Source: Lingula anatina | Lineage: Eukaryota > Animalia > Brachiopoda | Assembly: GCA_051362555.1 (NCBI GenBank) | Contig: CM120640.1 | Location: 64,458,788-64,522,787, forward strand | DNA length: 64,000 bases | Direction: 5' to 3' | Shown here: positions 53,701 to 64,000 of the stretch, piece after piece | Numbering within the stretch: the first letter of the stretch is position 1 | How the letters are laid out: each line of letters begins with the position of its first letter | The notes under the pieces: generated by a model | What the model saw: only the letters and a program-made list of their open reading frames with translations | The model's database searches: none | Told to the model about the DNA's origin: nothing | Position numbers and translations under genes: made by a program

Positions 53701-56113
53701 TGAAATAACTGCTCAGGAGGGCAAATGGACCCTTTAACATGTTATGTTGAAATAACTGCTCAGGAGGGCAAATGGACCCTTTTTTTCCTACGCAGCAAAA
53801 AAAAAGTAAATAAAGATCCTTTCTTTGAACATGACTGTATTTGTACTGCTATGATTATTACAGGGGAGGCCAATGCTTCACCGCCTACTATGAACAAATA
53901 CAAGTGTACATTCCGTGCCATGATTGGGGACTGGAGACAGAAGTGGCATGAAGGCACCATGGGACAGACTGATGAAAATTTTCCATTTGGTTTTGTCCAG
54001 GTATTTACATATCCTCTTTTTTAACAATTTTACACTAAGCCACTGTGAAATAGAGAGACAATGTGACAGACTTTATGGAGAGAGAGGGCTTTAATTATTT
54101 ATGCTCCAAAATTGTGGAACAATCTGCCTTTTTATATTAAAGCTAAAGGTATTTGTGGCAGTTATAAAGGTTCTAAAAAAACTCATCTTTTAAAAAGTTT
54201 TTGATTAAAGTAGGTCTGTATTTTAGTGCTATAGTTCTTAAGAATTCTGATTCTTAAGATTTTATGTAAAGTGCATAGAAATGTATAAAAATGGAATATG
54301 CTATATAAGAAATAAACATTATAATATTATTATATATGTGTAACATTTACAGTTGTGCATGTCATATAACATAATATGATCATTTGAATGATGTATTAGT
54401 TTTTGTAATTAAATTACACCATAGTATCAGAAATTATGTGAAATAAATCAAAGCAAAAGAATATTAAAACATAAGTCAGCTTATTACATCAGAGGTTTAG
54501 GAGCATAGTATTTATCAGGTAGTAAAATGTCCAGTTTTATTGCACCAGCATAGGTTCTAGGAGGACACATGGTTTAAGTCATGATCCATCTCGTTATATT
54601 TTTTATTTTACTGTTTCATTATTATTTCACTCTACAGCTAGCTCCATGGAGAACAAAACCTAACAGTCCATCTGGTTTTTCTACCATACGCTGGCATCAG
54701 ACGTATGACATGGGCTATGTACCTAATTATGACCTGCCCAAGGTCTTCATGGCAGTGGCCATGGATTTACCTGACCCTAAATCGCCCTGGACCGGGTAAG
54801 TAAGGGGATATTATTATTATTGTATTGCTGAATTAAATTAGATTCATACCTAGGTGCAGTATTTGGCTCGGGATGTAAATAACACTGCTGTTCATTCTAC
54901 TGGTTGACTGCTAACTTCTACATAATCTTTGCATTTTTGACAATATACTGTGGACTTAATCATGTCGGTACAAGCAGGTTGTAAACATGTAAATTTTTTA
55001 ACAGCATTGTGTACTACATGAAGCTCCAGCAAACATCAGCTGAATACTCTTACTAGCCAAAAATTTTGGTTAGAAGTAAAAAAAAGGTAAAACAGATATG
55101 TGAATGGTAGGAAGTTTTATTTGCATCAGATTAAATTGTTCATTTAAGCATCCATCCTAGAGACAAAATAGATGTAGCCAAGAGACTGGTGCTGTCAGGA
55201 CTTGCTGTAGCATATGGTAAGAGTGGAATCAAGTTCCAGGGCCCTTTGCCTTCAGCATACTTCATTGATATAGGCTACTACACTCTAAGGGTAGAGTATG
55301 ACAGTGGGAAAACGCTGCTGGAAATAAGGAGTAGTGCTGGATTTGAGGTCAGTTCATCTAAAATTTCATCTATAACACCTGACAACTGTTTTCTATTCTA
55401 AAAAGTTTTTTTTAACCAGAAATTGACTTATTACTTTCAGTTGTTTAATTTTTTTTTCTTTAGTTTGTATCAACAGCTATTTACCCAACTTCGTCTATTT
55501 TGAAACACAACAAAAAGTAATTATTTCCCAAATCAAATTTGGTTCATTTACAGGCTTTGGGTTTGAGTGAAGTGTAATGCTTGATATCGAATCTTACATT
55601 TATATACTCTATTCAAAATTTCAGGGGCTCGTCAAATATGTTGATGTTCTATGCTTGCAAATAGAATATATCTGCATACAGTGATAGTTGCTTTATTGAT
55701 TGAAATATTTAAATGCTTTCTTACCTTTAAGAAAAATTGAAATAATGACATGCCAACACAAACACAGCATTTTCAAACTTGTTTTTACAAAAGTGAAAAA
55801 AGTATGGATATATATATATATATTTTTGTTTTGACAATTTCAGCTTTGTTGCTCCCATGACAACACCAGCATAAGCCAGTGCAATGAGACAAGCACGCTG
55901 TGGCATGAAGTTCCCCTTGTGTCCCATGACAGCACTTCCGTCACCATGTCTTATGGGAAAGTTGCTGGCTGTGTCGGGCAGTGGGTTATGGGCATGCGTT
56001 ATGCATGGAGAGAAACACCATGTGAATTCCTGGCTTGTCCTATTTACAGTGTGGAGAATGGTCTTCCTGCACCACCTTATGTAACTGTGGGCATTATAGG
56101 CTATGACGTGTGA
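49149..56113 (+). CDS. SIAE: Sialate O-acetylesterase (SGNH hydrolase) with signal peptide, 536 aa
   Basis: Exons 49149-49215, 50124-50282, 50555-50736, 51074-51212, 51829-52000, 52895-53022, 53864-54000, 54638-54795, 55149-55347, 55844-56113 (1611 nt). Motifs FASHYGDHMVLQQ, GDVWLCSGQSNM, FSAVCW, WGGTPVEAWS, IWYQGEAN, IHPRDK, RYAW..PC, LPAPP. Confidence 0.93.
53688..53781. repeat. Perfect tandem duplication, two units of 47 bp
   Basis: TAACATGTTATGTTGAAATAACTGCTCAGGAGGGCAAATGGACCCTT twice. Confidence 0.9.
54065..54334 (+). mobile_element. Decayed 3' end of an L2/CR1-group LINE
   Basis: Remnant ORF2 C-terminus (ERA..YAPKLWNNLP..IK..KTHL), then TGTAAAGTGCATAGA..CTATATAAGAAATAAA and an (ATT)n-like tail. 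Confidence 0.6.
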
Positions 56114-57024
56114 TTTCAGATGGCTAGAGACAAAATACGTTTTATCAACTCCAGCTGCAAATTATTAATTTGCCCACACTATTATCCATTGCAGATTATT
56201 TTTTGACATCGTAATTAGTGGTCATGCCAGAGCTGTGATGAAAATGTCTACGGACAGTTGCAGTAACTTTTCTTGTGTTTATCTCTATTATACACTATAG
56301 GTGACTTTTAGACAATCTTTGACACAGAGAAACCTTCTTGAATTATGAGTATAATAATATTATACAGAAAAGTTATTTATGTCTCCTCATAAACCCAAGC
56401 AAAAGGATAAGTAAATGACAAACACAGATATAGTGTTCAAAATTTGGCCGGTAGTGGCCGTTTTATTGAAAGGTCCCTCTAGTAAAGAATGGTGTTAGAT
56501 ATTATATAGCATTAGATAATGTTATATCTTAAAAATGTTATATCTTAAAACATAAATATTAAAACAAATAGTGCAAATATTTTCATTTGTGGGGTTGCAA
56601 AGAGACCAACAATTATTTTAATTAGTTTTTATCTGTAGTTTGCAGTCATCCCAAAAGCTGTTTTGTGATAACTTATGGTACATTGTTGGATTCAACAGTA
56701 GGAATACTTGTATGGAGATTTTAAGTGAAAAAGTGCTATGTTTTAGTTTAACCAAAGGCTTTTACATGTGCATGTTAACTGTTTTGCTCTTCGATGTTTT
56801 TTTAGTTGCATGTATCTGAGAAGGTTTCTGTTTTGTATACACACTTATGTAGACTCTACTATTTTGTATATGTACAGTCGTGTCATGACAAGTTCCCATA
56901 ATTGTTGATTAACACTTTATTGCCAATCGTGAAATTACATCCATTATTCTGTTTATATACAAAGTTTTCAGAATAATCATTTTGAGACATTTGAAGCTAA
57001 CAAGAAGTGAAAGAGCTCTCCTAC

Positions 57025-57241
57025 ACCCCATTTCCATAGATTTTTAGATCGATCTATCCCTGTGGGGAGTCTCACTATATTACTGTCAGCTTGGCCGGCT
57101 TAAGCGCCTACTAAAAGCTACAAGGGGGTAATTAACTATGGTGCCCGCTCGGCTGACTGCAATTTAGCGTGAACCCCCAGGGAGTTAGGTCGATCTAAAA
57201 CTTAATCTGTAGATCGATCTAAATCTCTGGGAAAGCACCCC
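57025..57241. mobile_element. MITE-like element downstream of SIAE (relative at 15262-15420)
   Basis: Inverted TTAGATCGATCTA arms and GGGAAAGCACCCC end. Confidence 0.55.
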
Positions 57242-57978
57242 TATAATCATTTTCCTTCTTTGAACTTGATGGTCTGATGTAAGTATTGTTGACTGAGATT
57301 TAAAAGTTTAAGACAAAGAATTCCCGTTTTTGTAGCCAAATAAAGTTAGATTTATGATCGATGGTTTCATATGACTTATTTTTTTCCTCGTAAAAAAAAC
57401 TTGACATTGCATTTTAAAACATAGGAAATTCGCTATCACGTCTGTATGAACATTTATTTCTTCATTAGTTTGTATTCAAATGAAATCACTCGTAAAAGTT
57501 TTGTAGGGGACTTAGTGAAATGAAATCGGGTAGACTAGGATGTAAAAAAAGACAGAAACGAACGTTAGAAACTTCTTTTCATTGAAAACGAGGATGTCAG
57601 TCAATTATTGATGGCTGTGAAATTTCTCTTCAAACAGTAAGTATGTGCACATTTTCAGAATATATAAAAAGGCGCGGCTAACAATTTGTTTGCAGACTAT
57701 ATCACTCGAAGACATCATTGAGAACTTAACAACTTAGTACCTTCCCCCAATTATTGGAAAAGCTCTTGGCACGCAATACAACCAGTCTTATCACACACTT
57801 TTTTCTGTTCAACAACGGCGGCGGTAAAAGGCACGAGCGCAACACGAGAGAGACGTGCTGAGAACGTAACGAAGTCAATATGCCACGCGCACAATGACGC
57901 GCTGTGTGGATTTGGCGTTTTTTGGGATGTTCATTCCCGTAAACGATTGAATTGGCAGCGTGACAACATCTTAAGAGC

Positions 57979-60007
57979 ATGAAGGTCAGATCCCATGTAC
58001 TACAGCACCTTCATCTGGATAAAAGTTACAGTCTGCTCACTGGAAGAAATGTGAAGATTATTCTAGAAATATTTAAGCTCCTCGATATTCACGGGAAAAT
58101 GTGCTTAAACGGTAGATGTTTAGTCTAATGTACAGCCTAGAACTACAAAGTATAGCGTCTGGAATTACAGAAACAACTTTTTGTAGGCCTATAGCTAATT
58201 TTTTAATGCAATTCCACGGCTTATCTACAAGCTATTCAAGACAGTTTAGTTCAATGTCCACATGTAGGACAGCGTTTAGAAACGTAGAAACAGTCTCTTG
58301 CATCCCTGTCGCTAATTTTTCAAAAAATAATTCCACTGCTTAGATTCAAACCATTCATGCCGTCTGATTTTAGAACTGAACAAAAAATTAATGTTGATTA
58401 AAAAAAGGAGCACTGATAACTAACTTTTGTTATTCTTTCTAGATATTCAGTTTTATCACTACATGAGGCAAGTGACAGACCTAGACAAGAAAAAGATCTA
58501 CAAAGTATTTGACATGTTGGATGTTGATGGATCTGGAGAAATTGACTTTGATGAATTCTATTTATTGTCTTGCATTTTGATTGCCATCAAGGTATAGGCC
58601 TATATGGTCCTCTTTTCCATCTTAATCATCATAGTAGATCATAATAGACACTGTGGCTTTTAAAAGCGCTTCTTCCTTCTTTTTCCCCTAAAGGACAACG
58701 ATCGACCTTCAATTTAGCTGTTAAGGCGGTTAAACATGATATGTTTAAAGAAAATACATGTAGTTAATTTTGTCCACGTACCATTTTTACAGAGAGTCGC
58801 CGATCGCTTACCAACTAATCTATTTTGTCCAGTTAAAAAAAGTAGGCCTAAATTTTTGGGACATATTTACTGAAACAGAGACAAACTTTTAACGAATGAA
58901 TGATAAATTTAACGGATAGAAGGCTTTGCACCCGATCTAAATGTGTACGATTTTGGTCACCACACTGACAGTTATGCTTATATATGCGACAGTCTTTTAT
59001 ATCTTTTTATGTGTATTGTATAAGGCAATATCCACAACATATGCCCACAAAATATTTCAAACATCTCAATCGACATATCTTTAAAGTAACGATTCTTGGG
59101 ACGTTTGATCAATTGTTTTTTTTAGGAAAAGCAAGAAAAGCAGTTTATATTTCGCCATTCAAGGACGGTGTTTGAGTTGCTTGACGAGGATGGATCAGGA
59201 ACAATATCCGCTGAGGAGTTGGGCACCCTGGGCTTCCTGTTCAACTTCAGGTCGGATGCAGTCAAAGGAATTTTCGAAGAATTTGATGTAACGGGAGATC
59301 AGGTAGGGGTTGAAATATAGCAACGTATTTTCCCTGGTCCAACAGATAGTTGACTAGGCTATGACCTTTACGAAATAAAATGATTATGTTTTAAAACACC
59401 AATATGCGGTGACCAACTGACCGATAATATATTTGTGTATTAATTTTTTTTTAATTTACAGGAACTCGACTATAAAGAATTCCGCATGTTTGCCATGGCG
59501 GCAATAGACAAGCAAAATGAAATGAACCGAATACAACGAGAAAAATGGGAGAGCAAGAAACAAAATAAAATCATGAAAGAAAAGCGCGAAATGCTGAAAG
59601 ACATGAAGAAACAAGGGGTCCCACTGGTTACAGTCACTGAAACGGCCAACGGTATCGTAGCACAGGCCGTAGAGGAACCGGAAACAAATATCCCAGCACT
59701 GTTTTTTAAACGTTTTGGTATAGGGCGTGGCCGACGTGTCAGTACCCATGACGTCGCCTCGGTTGAGGATAAAGAAACAGGGGCCATTGAAGAGCTTGAG
59801 CCGGGCTCTAAGTGTGTCGTGGAACCTACCGTCCTGACAGGCGTGTCTCGTACCTCCTTGAAGTCCGTAAGTAAAACAGACGGACTTGTAAAATCGACAG
59901 ACGAGACAGCTTCGGCAAACACTGTTAACAAGCAAATAATTCTCACCGGTATCACTAATGAAGAGTGCCAACGTTTGTTGTCAAAATCCACTTGCGTCAT
60001 ATTGTAA
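57979..60007 (+). CDS. EFCAB9: EF-hand calcium-binding domain protein 9 (CatSper Ca2+/pH-sensor family), 334 aa with C-terminal extension
   Basis: Exons 57979-58111, 58443-58591, 59126-59302, 59462-60007 (1005 nt). Sequence HLHLDKSYSLLTGRNVKII..FKLLDIHG..LNDIQFYHYMRQVTDL..VFDMLDVDGSGEIDFDEF..QFIFRHSRTVFELLDEDGSGTISAEE..FDVTGDQELDYKEF follows EFCAB9 throughout. Confidence 0.88.
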
Positions 60008-61379
60008 TGAATATACCATCTACTACGACTACTTGCAAGGTTTTGAACAGATTTTCCCTGATGACAAGTGAGAAAAGAAAAGAAATATGACAATCATCAT
60101 AGTCTTTGCATATCAATCGTGTCCAACTTATCAAACACACTGAAGAGTGACCCGATTAGACCGTCTCACCACCTCATCACTCGTTCTTCCAGTCTTGTTT
60201 TACTCGTTCTCGTGGCGTCTAAAATGGGGTGGTTTAGAAGAAAATCATGCAGTAGCGGGGATTATCGAATAAAACGTTGCAGCGCCAGTGTCGCGATATT
60301 TGCTGCTTGGCTGTTTAACATACAATCTACGGAAATTGAAATGAACATTATAGTACATTAGGTAAGATTAGCCGCAACGTATCAGTCAGTACATAAAGAT
60401 ATATGAAGGATATTTCACATGTAGAAAGAAAAGCGCTCTGTTCCCGGATTTCGCTTTATGTGAAGATTTGTCTTATCCTATTCAAAATTGTCCTGCTGAA
60501 CCACTGCTTAATACCATAAGGATATGATATGTCAAATGTAGAGTGGTTGGATTGTAAAGAATTCAAGGCGGATGTACTTTGTTGTGAGAAAATTTTATTT
60601 AAGTTCTATAAAAAACTATACATTAAAAAGCAATGGGGAAAATATATATTTGTTTAAACGGAAAATATGTACATATTTCTGCTTCAAATCTAAGTCGTCG
60701 CTCCAGTCATATATGTCATCTGGCAAAAAACAGACGCTTTTGAGGCGTGAATCACAGAAAAAAAGTGGTATTTGATTTCTTTAGATGATAGTGTGTTTAG
60801 ACACAGTGAAACGCTCTTTTCTCACTGTTTATGCGCAAACCCTAAATGTTACGCGGAGTTCGCAGTGGTTGTCCCGTACCAGTGTTAAATTACTAGCAGC
60901 TTATTTACATACATAGATAAACACGAGTTGGTCTCGATACCCACCCAGCAGTTCGATTTCTCACTTTTTGACATTGCACAAAACGTGTTTTACCTGCATC
61001 GGTTTTTTTTTTTTTTTTTTTTTTTTTTTCAGAAAGCTAGGTTGTAGCTTTTGATGGCAACCTATTTGGTTGCCGTTTGATCGTTTGAAGTTTTGCTGTG
61101 GGTTTTGCTTGAACGATGATTGCTTATGTAAATTCATAATGTTCAGAAGCAGCATTGACAGTCAGGGTTATTACCATGTTTCCTTTTTTTTTTTTTTTTT
61201 TGGCAGTGAAATAGATTCAAATGTCTACGAATCACAGTGTTTACAGAGGTATTCTAACAGTGCCTTGCCTATCAGGTCAGCATTGTGAATCATCTTACGA
61301 CTTATCTGTCTGTTTGATATTCTATGATTTATGAAGTAAGAAGTACCACTAATCAGAAGCCTGATATACTGAAGTCTAC

Positions 61380-62663
61380 TCAATCGTCAACTTTCCCATC
61401 TTCCAAGCCTTTCAGCAGAAGGTCGTTGGGATGGCACGGTCCATCACGTATAGCTATGTCATCAATGGACACGTCTCCACGATATCCTTTCCGTAGGGTA
61501 GCTTCAAAAACAATCTGAAATAATATTAAAATAACTTAAGGCCCTTTGTCTCCTAAATGCAACTATTGCTTCGATATCTGCCTTCTTCCTTCCTACTGAA
61601 AATCCATTTATCTTGCTGTTCTATTATATGGCTTTTTCTAGAGTTGAAAGAATTTCATAAGGATAAAGATAAGAGTGAGGATTATTATTCATGCTGTAAC
61701 TTCCGATGACTAATTGGATTTTTCTATATATCCATTTAGTTTTATTTAGAAGCAAACTTAGAGGCAGATATGCAAGAAGATTACCTGAAACCCTTCTTTT
61801 GCTACTCTTTTTGGAATAAACAATCTTGCGGTTGACCAGACGTTGCCTTGGTTACCATATGCACGCCACACAGGAGGTTCTAAGTCCAAGTTGGGTTTTC
61901 GCTGAAAGTGATCAATTATACCAAATTTGTGACGTACGTGCAAACCTTTTCTGTGTAAATTCATACAGGTACGACATATTTATTGCACTATCAATACCCC
62001 AACATTAATTCCCTTAGCTGACAGACCCGGATTATGTATTTCGGAAATCTTCTTCGTTCTTTTCTAGGTTTAGGAATTTTTATGAGTACATGTCCACAAA
62101 ACCTCCCTCCAAACCTTGCTCAATCATTTGGAAGTTTTCCTGTGGAGGCGGGGATACCATCAGCGGATTAGTCAGCTCTGCTTTCATATAGGATCCGCCA
62201 TATTTGATCCGCGGATCAGTAGGTCCGAGGACCATCTGTTGTGAATGCCCTCTTATTTAAAAGCTACTCTTCCTATAATAATTGAGCTGCTTGATGTTAA
62301 GTACCAATTTGCTTGCATTATTTGTTAGGACAAGAGAACAGGTGCACCTGCTTATACAAGTACTCAACTTTGAACGTAATGCTCCTTTAAAGCAGAAGGA
62401 GGTTGACAGAAGGTTGACCATCCAATCCCACCCCCTACTCACTTTTACAACCCACACCTTTTTTTGCATTGTCCCCTCCCTTGAGTCCATCCCCCACTTG
62501 CAGAAGCATACCTTTGTGTATACGTTAAGGGTGCCCATGTCTCTGCCATACATGTGGTAGTGGAACTGCACACATTGGTGGTCGTTGGCAAAATACTTTG
62601 TTGATATCATGCGAGCTTTGTCGCCTTTCACTCTACCACTGGCCTCCACGTACATGTAATGAC
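61380..62663 (-). CDS. 3' exons of a protein ending in a MAM domain (possibly astacin/meprin-like); the 5' part lies beyond the window
   Basis: Exons 62663-62512 (GHYMYVEAS..GDKARMIS..CVQFHYHMYGRDMGTLNVY), 61901-61785 (VWRAYGNQGNVW) and 61514-61380 (IVFEA..GDVSIDDIAIRDGPC..stop). No TM segment follows. Confidence 0.85.
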
Positions 62664-63260
62664 CTGGAACATTAATACGTTATGTTAGGGATGGGGGCGT
62701 TGTTATTGCTTTTAAGCATATTTTAAAATATTAAATATTTAAATAATTTTAAACATTTGAAGCCTTCCCGCCGGGGTGAGTGCCGGCTACAGTTAATTCT
62801 TAATAAAAGTTTTGCTTTTAACGACAAGTACTTGACTTTTTTGAGGTTCACTTTCACTTAAACTCTGAGGCAACAGATGGGTGACGTCTGTAAGCCGCTT
62901 CCTACAGCTCTTTCGCCTCGCATTTTCAAGAAAGGCCTTGAAATCATCATTGAATTACATCTGGATTGAGATCAAGCTGGATTGCCATTTCAGCAGTTAA
63001 TTCCAATAATTATTGGAGATGCAATTGCAAATAATAAGTTCAGGCACGTCCTTTTTTTCATCTTGGAAGGATCGGAGTTGCATTATTGATGCTGTGGTTT
63101 TTAACTAGTTTTCTCCTTTGATATGAAGTTCTTTGGGGCAGTTTTCAGTTAACTTACAGACTAAAAATACAGGCATTTTGTATGGAACTAATCATTTATT
63201 TCAGCGAAGCGCAAAATCTAATAAATCTGTACAGTATCCCTTACTCTTAGGACAGTCACT

Positions 63261-63308
<48 letters not shown>

Positions 63309-64000
63309 GGTTGCACTTGCGTCCAGTCTTTGTGATTATTTTGCATGTGGAACTATCGTTAGTCTTACTGAAGTAGTGTTAAGGTTTTCGACCATTAAAT
63401 AGCGAATGCTATTTTTAACATGAAGAATGAACGGCAAAAGCGAGTAGCAATATCTCATAAAATGGTGAACCGTATAACATAAATGAGGTCTAAAGCACCG
63501 CTACAGCCAATGGCGTAAATATGGCATGTGCTTTGAGCTATGTTAGTATCAGAGCAAAACACTTCATGTTTTTTAATTGGCAGGGCTTGCAACAATCTGA
63601 ACTTCTGTCCCTTGCCTGCATGCCGACTTGAGGTAAATTAGTACATGTCAAGGTTATATTATGCCACGATTCTAAGTCAATCAGGAACCAAATGTTGGTC
63701 TCAACAGGGTTCGGATTTTTCCTTATCCACTTAGATAATGCCGAAATGAACATTTCTTCGTGTTATGAGATAATAATGTCGCACTAAAATGCATCGGCGC
63801 GAGTTTGCTGATTCAGGCTGATGACGTGACAGCAGCATTTTTGTCAAACAAAGAGTACTGCAATCCTCTTCCAGGAAATTTACTTGAAAAGCTTACTTTC
63901 AGCAGGAAAAAAGGCGAAATAATGCTTTTGTTTTCTGGAACATTGTAATAAGGGGCATATATCCCCTTAACAAAACTAAAGGATCAGAGAGGTGATACCG

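Noticed and set aside
59456-60093. Minus-strand ORFs of 171 and 207 aa
   Set aside because: Antisense shadows of EFCAB9 exon 4 with no recognisable motifs.

Overview
AT-rich, intron-containing animal genomic DNA. It is probably a marine lophotrochozoan such as a mollusc; this is inferred from gene content and from Helentron/Kolobok/Harbinger-type repeats, not proven. Splicing exons by hand at GT-AG sites gives, left to right: a STAP1/2-like PH-SH2 adaptor with a modular tyrosine-rich tail (-); a TMEM79/MAPEG-like membrane protein (+); a frameshifted GNAT-like fragment resembling a mostly microbial family (-); KDM2 (-); a minimal Orai channel (+); MORN3 (-); SIAE (+); EFCAB9 with a long C-terminal extension (+); and the 3' end of a MAM-domain gene (-). 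Most notable: the KDM2(-)/Orai(+)/MORN3(-) block matches human KDM2B-ORAI1-MORN3 in order and orientation; the adaptor has six symmetric phase-1 tyrosine-motif exons including a duplicated pair; the GNAT-like relic is hidden from the ORF track by a T10 frameshift; and several non-autonomous transposons are nested or intact. No rRNA, tRNA or CRISPR array was found. Homology calls rest on motif recognition, not on database searches.
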